Assembly (NCBI GenBank): GCA_965235115.1
Contig: OZ249437.1
Span: forward strand, 23,126,001 to 23,190,000
Length of the DNA stretch: 64,000 nt
Source: Laetmonice hystrix
Taxonomy: Eukaryota
Direction of reading: 5' to 3'
Notes under the pieces: model-generated
Told to the model about the DNA's origin: nothing
The model's input: the letters and a program-made list of their open reading frames with translations, nothing else
Database searches by the model: none
Made by a program: the position numbers and the translations under genes
Shown: one piece after another, positions 42,965-54,300 of the stretch
Numbering within the stretch: the first letter of the stretch is position 1
Layout of the letters: each line of letters starts with the position of its first letter

Positions 42965-44105
42965 TGTCCCACCCATTGTGTGACTAACCTCTCCACTTAT
43001 TAACCAACCATTCATCATTAAGGAACTCAATCCTATCCATTTAACTCCTGTACATTCCTCATGGTCTCCCAAACCATGTCCTACCCCCCTCGACAGGGTG
43101 TGCTTCTTCACCCTCCAGCACCTGATCTCACCCTATATTTATCCCAATTTACCCGTCTTAAGGAAGTCAATAGTAGATCTGTTTGTCAGTCTCTCGGACT
43201 GCCGCCCGTGGCCCTCCTTAAGGAGGGTTGACCACTCCCCGGCTCTCCTTAAAGAGGGCTGACGTTGTGGGAGGTAACTGCTGTCTCTCCCGACAGGTGT
43301 AACTATTGTCAGGTAAGTGGTCAGTGGTCAGACTGACCGGAGGGATGACCAGGTTAATTAGTGGGGGGGGGGGGGTTGTCATAGGGGAGGGGGGGTGGCG
43401 CAGATGGCGAGGCCGTGGGACGGGAGACATGAAGGACCACAACTGACCACACACGCCCACCTTTAAATTTCGAAAATAAGCGACTTTTGAGAACTTTGCG
43501 TACCATATAATTTCCACAATGCCCCTCTATCATGTCATCTCTGCATCTGGTTTTATTTAACAATTTGTTGATAATTACAACATTAAATGTCATGTATTTT
43601 GCGGTCTGCTGTCTCTACCCTTCTCCCCCCTCCCCCCATCTAAACTTCTCTCAACATCTCCACCACCTCCTCACAACCACTGCTGGCCTCGTCGCCTGCC
43701 GACTACTCGACACGACATAACATATTAAAAAGTCCATCACCCAGTGTCAATTTATATAAGAAACTGATACACATGGCATAGATCCATGGAATTAGTAACT
43801 TACATGTACCATTAAGACAAGAAAAATACATATAAAGACTTCCGCTTCCGTTTTTAGCACGAGTGTGGACAAGTTCATGATATACCACCGAGCGAGCCTT
43901 ACCTTAGTCATTAATTCAATGTTCATTAAAACACAGACCGCAGACATTTAAAAACTGACAATTAACGGTAATATTTATGAGTTAGACTTTGGTGAACTGA
44001 GTTGATTTAGATTCATTTTTTACCTAAAATGGCGTGACTGTTGCTGGAAGGCCACTTGCTCCACAAGTTCACAACGACAGCCACGACAGCACTAGGTTGC
44101 CAACC

Positions 44106-44598
44106 AACTCCACAACTCGTAGAACAGATTCTGACGACAAACTCCACAACTCGTAGAACAGATTCACCACGGTTGGTGGAAGTCTGACGACAAACTCCAC
44201 AACTCGTAGAACAGATTCACCACGGTTGGTGGAAGTCTGACGACAAACTCCACAACTCGTAGAACAGATTCACCACGGTTGGTGGAAGTCTGACGACAAA
44301 CTCCACAACTCGTAGAACAGATTCACCACGGTTGGTGGAAGTCTGACGACAAACTCCACAACTCGTAGAACAGATTCACCACGGTTGGTGGAAGTCTGAC
44401 GACAAACTCCACAACTCGTAGAACTGATTCACCACGGTTGGTGGAAGTCTGACGACAAACTCCACAACTCGTAGAACAGATTCACCACGGTTGGTGGAAG
44501 TCTGACGACAAACTCCACAACTCGTAGAACAGATTCACCACGGTTGGTGGAAGTCTGACGACAAACTCCACAACTCGTAGAACAGATTCACTACGGTT
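44106..44598. repeat. Minisatellite, 53-bp unit, about 9 copies
   Basis: AACTCCACAACTCGTAGAACAGATTCACCACGGTTGGTGGAAGTCTGACGACA. Confidence 0.96.
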
Positions 44599-47500
44599 GT
44601 TCGGGCACATTTAATCAGTGTTTTTACCAAACTGACTTTATGTTGTTTGCATTACGAGTCCAACCTGAACTTCCCGTATACGTCTGTACTTGTCTCTGGC
44701 GGTCCTACAAATGTCTTTTCTATGCTTGCTCGTTTTTACGGTATTAAACAAGCAACAATCATGAGGAGACTGGTTTGTCAGAGGTAGCTGTAGGCTGATT
44801 GTTACTGTGACGACGTCTATATGGTACTAGCTCGTACGATAAAACTAGTCTCAGCTAGCTCGTCTCTGACCAGGTTAGGATGACTTTATGATGGTTACGA
44901 TGAGTGTATCCTGCTGATTGAGCTCTAGCACGGCAAGGACGGGTACACTAACTACAGGCTGATGCTAACACACCCTAGACTGTCGGCTGATAGAGTGATA
45001 GCTGCCTGGCATACAGCCAGCAGATAACTGAACTGTGGGGAAATTGCCTATTGAGTCCATTGCCAAGATATAGGCGGGCTAAACTGTCATTTTGTATACT
45101 TCACATTAACTCAAATCTCCACCACACTACATGTGTATTTGTATACATTTTACATAAGGGCATAATTTATATAAACTAAAACCTCACAGCTATTAAACAG
45201 GGTCGGATATATTTGTAAAAGACGAGCTGGTTTCCCGCCGTATTATATCCAAAACTACGAAGGGCGTTGACGCTTACATCAGCTGTGGCATGCTCTACCC
45301 CTCTCCAACCCCCTACCCCCGTGTTTTCGGTTTTCTCATGGCCAGCCTTAATTTAAAAGATATAAATTTTCTACTCGGAAAGGTTTCCTTTGGTGTAATG
45401 ACAGCCCTAGAGAGAACCTGGGGCCGGTTTCACAGTCACAAGGCAAGCCACGGGCCTAACTTTGGACCATGAAAGGACTGTGCAGCGAACCTGCACAATA
45501 TGGGTTTCTTAGTGCCACTTGTGCCGGGTCTTAGCTAGGTCACTGGCTCAAAAGACAGTCGGTGTCATCCCGTCTCCGGTGTGCGCAATCCGATCCTTAC
45601 ACAGGCCAATCCCCAAATATGGTCAGAAAAATGACGTCACATGTAAACAAATACACGTTGAAGGGCCAGGCACACACGCCAAGCGAGGAGACAGTCACAA
45701 TGGTGGAGCAGAAGGGGAAAGTCACCTATCCAACTGGACATCCAGTGATGGGATATCTGATGGGGCAGGCCCGTAATTTCCATCAAATTATTGAGGGAGC
45801 TAGATAATTTCCATTGAATTATTGAGGGGGCTCGACGAACAGATCCAAGATTCTCCCTGGTAGGCCTAAAGTAGGATAATTATTAGGCCTACTGGCAACA
45901 CTAAAAATATTGGAAGGGGGAGGGCGCTTGTGTCTCAATTAACTACAATGATAGCGGCATTCATTATAGGCCTAACTATTGTCTGAAAATGATACAAGTT
46001 CCAGGATATACTTTCTGTCCTGAATCGGCACCTTGTCCGGATTGCTTCGGCAGAATAGGGTCTCCAAGGGGGTTATGGAGGGCAACCATTCGGCGTGTGG
46101 GTCCAACGGGTGCGCTGCCCCCCCCCCCCCCCCCCCCCACACACACAATCCAAAATCCCATGAGGTCCACGTCAGGGACAACATACTATAACCTAAACTC
46201 TAGAATATGCCTACTGATAGGCCTAAGCAGACCCCCTGGTTCCCTCGAGGATATAGCATGACCCCCATTTCTAATCTGTGAACTTGGGACATGTCATTCA
46301 CAACCCCCCCCCCCCCGCCCGCCCCAACCAATTTTATCATTTGCTGCCTACGTGTAACGATTTACGTGCAGTGTTCCCAGATGCCAGGAACACGCGAATT
46401 TGGAACTTTAGTTTTCAATTTTTCTGGAGTAGGCCTTACCGACCCCCCTCGAGGTTTCGCCCCTTCGACGCTATTATGATCCGCATTTCAATATCTTAGA
46501 ACTTGTCATTCACAACCCCCCCCCCACAACCAACCAATTTGATCTTCCGCTGCCTACGTGTAACGATTTACAGTGTATTTGCTTTTTTTTCGTTTAGAGG
46601 TGAGAGGTCCCAAATCCCATAAAACGCCCCCCCCCCCTGCCCCATGAAAAATGCTGGCTACGCGCCTGAGCAGCTGTATAGCCTACGTTGTAGCCAATGG
46701 CAGCGATACTGCCGGTTCTCTGCCATTTTCGACACTGCCCACTAGGCCTACTACCGGGCTTAAGCCACCTCTGTGGCAGTCTCAACTTTCCGGTCTTAAT
46801 TGGGGTCTTAGGCCGCGGGATTGACCACAAAGAAACGCTTGTGCATGGACACGGATCAGTGCGTGGCTCGTACCGGGTCCTAACTGCGACTAAGAAACCG
46901 GCCCCTGGACAGACGAGCACTCACAGGACACATAATGTCAGTCGGGTTAATTAGATCCAACATTTGTTCTAAATGAACTCAGCCAAACCTGCGAGTTTCT
47001 CTCTACACCGGAGAAATAGGCCAGCTTTGCCGTGGGCACAGCGCCTACAAACTTCATATTTCACCCATGCTGTCGGTCCAAAAACCGCCTGTTACATCGG
47101 CCTGGCATTGGAAGATGACAGAAGATCCGAGACAAGTCTATGAATGTCATTGACATACACATGTACCTGAGTGGGCCGACTCGGCCTTTTCCCACGATCA
47201 CCGTCCAGATTTTACCAGACCCAACCACAGCTAGACTTGATGGGATACCAGAGTATGGCTTACATAGCCATATACTGTACGACATCAGAGATGGATCCTG
47301 TATTCTTGTCACTGCTACACCTGAAACTAATGTATCATAGAGGGATGGCTGAGTATGTGTCAACTGACCAAACCTTATGTTTAATTAGGTCGATTACGAC
47401 TTTCTTACTAAGACCAAACTGACACTAATTAAGACGTAATCGATGCCGACATTTGTAAACAGCTGCTGTAGATCTGACAGATTTTAACCGACGCTATAAT

Positions 47501-47715
47501 ATAGAGGAAGACCTGATCGGAAAACTACTGCATTACTTGTCAATTTGTCGCAAACATCGGCACATTTTGTACTGAGCTATAGCTTCACGCCGCTGGAGTG
47601 GGTCGAGTTGTTTATGTGTTTGGCCTGTGGTCCTGAGTCAAGCAATAATCACCTCACTCTCTCCACTACCCATGCTAACATCGCCACCAAATTTCGTAGA
47701 AACAACAATATTATA

Positions 47716-47945
47716 CAGATTTTTATCCCTAATCCTAACCTTCTTATCCCTAATCCTAACCGTCTTATCCCTAATCTTAACCTTCTTATCCCTAATCCTA
47801 TCCCTAATCTGAGCTGTACACCTCCCTAAGAACTTATCCCTATCCCTTTCTCTGCCCCAATCCTAACCCTAACCGGTACCTCGACGCGAACCCTATCTCT
47901 ATCCCTAACCCTATGTCTCTGCCCCTACCCCATCTCTATCCCGAG
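47716..47945. repeat. Degenerate CCCTAA/CCTAAC-containing repeat
   Basis: TTATCCCTAATCCTAACC variants. Confidence 0.8.
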
Positions 47946-49592
47946 TTAACTAACTTGATGGTTAAAATATCGAATATAGGCACAACCAATGAATGAGACC
48001 AGTTCTTTTTTCAACCATCTGTTTTTAGACTGTATACTTACAGTTAAAAATCTATTCCTAATTAAAAGAATAAAATTCAGGAATTCCTTTTGGAACTTAA
48101 AAAAAAAAAGAGTCGGAATAATAGCGGCAATAACCATAAACCGGTGGTAGCACAGACCCTGCTGGGCTCAGGTTTTAAATGGAGGCCTCCCAGATGGGGC
48201 ATGATGTCATGCATGAAATAAGTCAAAAGTTAACTCTCTTAAAGGTAAACATGACAAATTAGGAGGTGGTCCTTAAAGAGGTACTTCATTTGTTGGATAG
48301 AAACAGTTGAGAATCCTTCCCAGCTCTACTCGAGCCGTACAAGTTTCTCTGGCCAGCATCACGTCGCCTGCCGACAAAGTGTGAATTAAAATAATTGATT
48401 TGGCGCTTGAGCAGATTTTGATTTAGCCTGAGGATGAAATAGAAGATCACACGGTTTGAGCTGAGAACTGTAGCTGACACTGGGGTCGGGGTGTTCTCTG
48501 AGGGACTGCCTGGGATGGTGAACGTTAAGTAAATAGGTCACAGGACCATGGTAAAACACGCCAGCCTCCGGGCCGGACAACAACCACAGCCAGAGGTAAA
48601 CCTCATTTCAAACATAATACAAGTTATACCTTCACAGTGCCTAACAACTCATAACGTGTCACGACCCTGAACATTCCTTTAATGGCCACATCTCGGTACA
48701 CGTTACCAGTGGCAGCTGAACCTATCACCCCTGAAATTACCACAGGTCGACTGGCAGAACCTTCACCCAGGTATTACATCAGTGGGGACCGTCTGTGTGC
48801 ACCTGGCTACGATTTGTTTTGAGATGAAACGAGAGCATGCAGTCATCACCCAGACGATTGCTTACAAACGGTGCACTGTACGTGACCCCAGGTGGGCTGT
48901 GGACACAGGGAAGTACTGACAACACCTGTACCATGTACCTGTGTATATTAAGATGCTTCAAGTGGACGCACTGACCGCAAGTAGTCCTTATCAATGGGTC
49001 CAAGTACCGGTCAGCACGGCCCGTATCGGGGTCTAGTGGTCAATATCATAACGGCATACGTACATACCTAGGTACACATTTACCTATAGCTGTATGTACT
49101 GACAGGGATCCACAACCCGGCCCCAATCCCACTCCAACACCTAGGTATGTATCATCAAGTATAATTTAATGTTTTCTATATTTTATTCTTAATCTGTTTT
49201 ATTCTTAATATTTCGTGTTTCCACGTTTGGTGGATCTGTATGTATGTATCTTCTCTGCAGCATGCAGAGGCCACACACAGGTCAGAAATATGTAGACCTA
49301 TCTCTATTTTAATCTTGGGAGGATGTGGAGTGGATATACGGTGGCTCAACGGAAAATCCCCAGCATGAGATCCCTGGTCCCCTAACACCTACCCCAGTCC
49401 TTATATGGTAGGGACATCAACTGACCAGTGGTCACCTCTGACGTGATTCCACGTATTTTGGGGGTCGGTCGCTGGTCCTCCCTTTGCCCCTCCAGATAAG
49501 GGCATGATCTGGGAAACCACACCCCCCTCTCACCGTGGGCAGCACGTGGGTGCAGGGCAGGGTTCATACTTGACCATGCACTGTACCCACAG

Positions 49593-49600
49593 TATATAAG
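49593..49600 (+). promoter_or_regulatory. TATA box in LTR (TATATAAG); copy at 57522-57529
   Basis: Canonical motif at about 55% of LTR length, upstream of a splice donor and an ATTAAA. Confidence 0.65.
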
Positions 49601-49721
49601 TCCCACAAAATCCTACCCAGGGAGATAGACCATAGAACAGATAGACACACATAGATACGATACATAGGAGACACACAGTCACCATCACCATCCACGTCAG
49701 CCACCAGCCACTCCACTCCTC

Positions 49722-49729
49722 CGGTAAGT
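49722..49729 (+). promoter_or_regulatory. 5' splice donor CG|GTAAGT in LTR (intron would start at 49724; copy at 57653)
   Basis: Perfect GTAAGT consensus about 130 nt downstream of the TATA box; no ATG between TATA and donor. Confidence 0.55.
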
Positions 49730-49799
49730 CAGCTTCTCACATTGTTGACGGTCACACTTGTACTGGGCATTTATACAACCTCTCGTAAGCTCTACTCGT

Positions 49800-49805
49800 A
49801 TTAAA
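49800..49805 (+). terminator. Putative poly(A) signal ATTAAA in LTR (functional copy would be 57729-57734)
   Basis: Second most common poly(A) hexamer, downstream of TATA, followed by T-rich sequence. Confidence 0.4.
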
Positions 49806-49937
49806 TTATTCTCTCTAACTCACGGATCCTACGTTATTATTCCCCTCCTATTATTAATTGTGTCGTTCCCGCTTGCTCACGCTAGTCTCCCCCCACAACA
49901 CGAAACCACCCATACACCGGTTAAGCGGGACGACAGT

Positions 49938-49946
49938 TGGTGGAGA
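49938..49946 (+). promoter_or_regulatory. Primer binding site TGGTGGAGA, tRNA-Ala type
   Basis: Starts after a 2-nt spacer (GT) following the LTR's ACA end; complementary to ...UCUCCA-CCA, the 3' end of metazoan tRNA-Ala. Confidence 0.75.
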
Positions 49947-49987
49947 GCAACCCGGGTATTCGACTCCCAGAACATATTCAAAATTTT

Positions 49988-51382
49988 ATGTCAAAAACCA
50001 TTTCCACCCCCAGTACGAGTAGACCCGATACTGCATGTCCAGCACATGCTACGAGGTCCAGAAAGCCGGAGTTAGCTGGAAAGTGGTCTGTGTCGGCTAG
50101 ACAGGTGACTGATCCTCCTCCATCTACTCCATCTACTCCATCTCCGCCTCCATCTCCACTGCCTCCATCACCACCTCTTGAAAGAATGGCTGAACAACCC
50201 GCCTGCCCGCCCTACACACAAACCTTTAACGGCTACTCAAGCAAGGATGGAGAAAATTTCATAGACAATTTTGACACTTACTGCAGCCACTACAACTGCA
50301 CGGCTGAAGACAAAACAAATCTTGTGTCTCTGTCGTTGACGGAGTTGGCCAGGGACTGGCTCAAATCATTTCTTCAGAGAGACGTTGCTTATGGTACTGA
50401 GGAGGCCAAGTGGGAGGCCCTAAAACGTGAATTTGGGGAAAGGTTTAGGCCTTCAGCAGACGATGTGCTCTTAGGGGAGCGCGCACTGGCCAGTCGGACA
50501 CAGTTGCCTAACGAGCAAGTAACGGCCTATATAGATATCATGCAGCTTGCTGCCCGCCACTGCCCAGAAGTAACCGAGCCTCAATTAGTGCGGCTCATAC
50601 TTGGAGGACTACGGCCAGAGATTAGGTCTCTGGTCATGACGCAACGCCCCCAGACTGTGGCCGATCTATATACAGCATCAGCCAACTGTAGCACACACAG
50701 CTACAGTGGCCCCGTGACCCAGGCGGCACCCCTGAACTTGAGACCGGCAGCCCCACCCTTCACCACCCAGTCAGCAGCCCCACCCTTCACCACCCAGTCA
50801 GCGGTTACATCATCACCCTCATCAACGGCCAGACTACCAGCACCCTCAGCCCTGCACTCCATCAGTAACCTACTGTATGGACAAACAACAACAGACGTCA
50901 CACCAGTAGATTTCACCCCATCCCAGCAGGACCAAACATCATCAGCTCTACAGAGATTGACAGAAATGATGGAGAAATTAACAACAGCAGTCAACACACA
51001 AGTCAATAGCCATCAACACAACAGCCATCAACACTCCTACAGATCGACATCGCCATCACACAATAGAAACCCACCGCGCTACCATCAGAGGGGAAGATCG
51101 CCCTCACCCAGGTCATCAGACAACAGTTACTGTGGCAACTGTGGAAACACCGGTTGCAGAGGTAGGCCCAACTGTCGCGCCATGAGTATGACTTGTCATC
51201 ATTGTGGCAGGTTAGGACATGTAATTTCTATGTGCAGGAGTAGGAAGAGTGGCATGCCTAGGCAAACATCCCTCAGGTACACCCCTCCCAGCCGTGGCAG
51301 AGCAAATGTTCAGTTTATGGCACCATCACACACCCAAAATAACCAGTATACTACCCAGCGCCACCCCTCACACTGGCATTGA
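49988..51382 (+). CDS. gag: Gag (464 aa from ATG 49988; 398 aa from alternative ATG 50186): capsid-like domain plus tandem zinc knuckles
   Basis: Retrotransposon capsid-like segment LTELARDWL...WEALKREFGERF...LILGGLRPEIRSLV; knuckles CGNCGNTGCRGRPNC and CHHCGRLGHVISMC; ends at TGA 51380-51382. Confidence 0.92.
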   Translation: MSKTISTPSTSRPDTACPAHATRSRKPELAGKWSVSARQVTDPPPSTPSTPSPPPSPLPPSPPLERMAEQPACPPYTQTFNGYSSKDGENFIDNFDTYCSHYNCTAEDKTNLVSLSLTELARDWLKSFLQRDVAYGTEEAKWEALKREFGERFRPSADDVLLGERALASRTQLPNEQVTAYIDIMQLAARHCPEVTEPQLVRLILGGLRPEIRSLVMTQRPQTVADLYTASANCSTHSYSGPVTQAAPLNLRPAAPPFTTQSAAPPFTTQSAVTSSPSSTARLPAPSALHSISNLLYGQTTTDVTPVDFTPSQQDQTSSALQRLTEMMEKLTTAVNTQVNSHQHNSHQHSYRSTSPSHNRNPPRYHQRGRSPSPRSSDNSYCGNCGNTGCRGRPNCRAMSMTCHHCGRLGHVISMCRSRKSGMPRQTSLRYTPPSRGRANVQFMAPSHTQNNQYTTQRHPSHWH

Positions 51383-54300
51383 TGTGGCTCATCTGTTCAC
51401 AATAGGGTTCATTTGAACAGGGAGAATACCACAGATAGTTTGCTGGCAAAGAAGTTATTCAATGATTATGAAAGAATAGATCAAGTCAAAACGTTATTTT
51501 CCTCTAAAGACTCCAACCTTTCAAAATCTTCAGACATTATATACAGTTCTCAAACCAATCAGTCAGTTGTCAAACAAATACAACCCAAGGCTAGGTTAAC
51601 CCCATCTCAAAACAAGAAAATAAATAGTGCTACTTTGAGAATTTCATCCAATCAGGACACTAATACAGATTTATCAGATTCAGATCATAAAGAAATAACA
51701 GTACCACACATCATGCAAGTCAATTCTAACACAGATAGCGAGTTTGGTAATCTTATCAGACTCAAGGTAGGCAACATTTCAACCCTTGCATTGGTTGATT
51801 CAGGTGCACGTGTCTCATGCATATCAAATAATTTCTTACGCAATATGCCTACAACACCAAAACAATTAATGCCTTTATTTGATGCTGTCGTTGGTGTTGG
51901 TGGTGAAGAACATAAAGTTCTTAGTTGCATTGAATTAAAGTTAAACATTCAAGGCTATCTTGTTACCCAGACCTTCCATGTTTTGGAGGGACATCATTCC
52001 GTTATCTTAGGATTGGATTTCCTCAATAGGTACAATATACAACTGAACTTTGAAGAAGGTAGCATGATTTTTCCAACAGGGAAATGTATACCTCTTCAGC
52101 ATCCACCACGACGGACAACAGTGGCTAGGACTGTTAGTACTATCCATATATTGCCAAGGTCACAACGCACAATAACAGTTGCTTTTTCTAAACCTCAACA
52201 CAGCCTTATCTATATGGAACCAGTATTTTCACTTCAGGAATTCCACCCAGATTTAGTTGTACCTCCAACTGTGGATGATCCCAAGGGACGCTTTACACAG
52301 TGTAAACTTTTAAATCACTCAGACAATTTAATTATTCTTCCAAAATTCACAGCTATTGGATTAGCGTCTACCTTATTCCAACCTGAAATATTATACAATA
52401 GTGAGGATGCCTTCAACGATGAGCTCTCAGGCCTTGATTATAAGGGAATGACTGAGTCTCAACTCCCAAAGCAAGACATTGATTTTGATGTCTCAAACTC
52501 CAACCTATCTCCTGAAAGCAAATCAGAGCTTTTAGAATTTTTAAAGGCACATAGAAAGGCATTTGCAGTTGACATCAGTGAGTTGGGAACAGTGAAGGTA
52601 GCACCCCATACGATAGACACAGGAGATTCACCTCCTGTCTCGCAACGGTTCTACAGAGCCAATCCAATCGTCAGGGAGGAAATAGATAAACAGATTGACC
52701 TACTTTTAAAACACAACGTTATTGAACCTTCCACCTCCATGTGGAGATCTCCTATTGTTATGGTTCGAAAAAGTGACTCTTCCTACCGTTTTGCCATTGA
52801 CTTTCGTAAACTAAACCAAGTTACTAAGAAAATTTCGTTTCCCTTAGCTCGAGTCGAGGATGTTTGGGATTCTATTGGCCAACGGAAGAGTGCTATTTAT
52901 AGCCTTCTGGATTTAAATTCGGGATTCTGGCAGGTAAAGCTCGATCCAGCAACAAAACACAAAACAGGATTCGTTACCCAACATCGCCAATTTCAATTTC
53001 GCAAGTTACCATTCGGTTTGTGCAATGCCCCAGCTACTTTTCAGAAAACCATGACTGAAGTGCTTGGAGATACTCTCTATGACTGTGCCTTCGTCTACGT
53101 CGATGACATAATCGTCCACTCGCCTGACTTTAAAACACATTTAAAAGACCTTGAACGAGTTTTCAAACGCCTTGAAGAAGCTGGTATAACTCTGAAACCG
53201 AGTAAATGCAAATTTGGTGAAGATTCTGTCAAATATCTAGGTCACATTCTATCAAAGGATGGAATTCGCCCAAACCCAGACAAAATCAGAATTGTTAAAG
53301 ATTTTGTTACACCTACCAATCCTCGCCATGTCAGAAAATTTCTAGGCTTATGCAATTATTATAGGCGATTCATAAAAGATTTTGGGAAACTTCGTGCACC
53401 ATTGAATGATCTCTTGATCAAGAACACACCATTCAGCTGGACAGAAGAGTGTGCCCACTCCTTCCAGACACTGAAAGATAGACTGACAGGCCCAGTTATG
53501 TTATGTTTCCCTGACCCCACACGTAAGTACACCATTACCTGTGACGCCAGTGGCACTGGCCTAGGTTTTATTTTATCTCAGCAGGACAAACATGGTATTG
53601 ACCGTGTACTGGCCTATGGTGGCAGATCACTAAGACGTGATGAGAAAGCATATTCCATCACTGAACGTGAAGGATTAGCAGTGATTGAAGGAATCAGAGA
53701 ATACAGGACATATTTAATCGGATCTGATTTTGATATTGTTACCGACCACAAGGCTTTGACCTACATAAAAGCAAATGAAGGAGGCACTGGCAGATTAGCC
53801 AGATGGGCTCTAGAACTTGCGGGATACAATTATAATGTTGTTTTCCGTAAGGGCGCTGAAAATGTTAATGCAGATGTTCTTTCACGTACTGATGACATCA
53901 CTACAGACATTAAAGCAAAACTATCCCATTCCGTTGCATGTCAAACTGATTCTTTCCAACCTGGAGAGATGGAAACCGTTAATGTTGATGAAATTATTCA
54001 TCCACACTTAGCTGCTCTGAGTGAACATCTTTTTCAACCAGATCCTATGCCTAACCTATCAACTCAAATTGCTGCCATAGACATCAATGCAGAAATTGAT
54101 GCACAAGAACAAACCCAGTTACAACTCACTTCTGAAGCCGATATAAAAAGGCAACAACAAACGGGAAAAACAGGAAAGATTCTAAACTATCTTCTGACCA
54201 ATCAAAACAAACCAGAAGGCTACACAGACGCCAATCTAGCCAAGTTTAAGGTACAAGATGGTCTATTGTATCATCAACTGTATCTTGGTGTAGATCCTAC

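Larger units (their letters stand above)
49150..49935 (+). repeat. 5' LTR (TATCATC...GACGACA)
   Basis: Matches 57079-57864 with no difference seen by eye; the ORF track gives identical translations at offset 7929. Flanking similarity stops at these boundaries. Confidence 0.96.

Noticed and set aside
12515-44598. Regular arrays as CRISPR-like loci
   Set aside because: Units are contiguous with no unique spacers, there are no cas genes, and the context is eukaryotic.
48660-48775. Minus-strand LGEGS...VAIK resembling a kinase N-lobe
   Set aside because: Stop codon immediately upstream, no acceptor before LGEG, spacing seven residues too long, and the following sequence is not kinase-like.
49148-49149. 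Canonical TG start of the 5' LTR
   Set aside because: The 3' LTR has GA at these positions and the TG belongs to the TATG TSD.
51380-51382. UGA as selenocysteine
   Set aside because: No SECIS identified by eye and no redox-motif context; it remains formally testable with a SECIS search.
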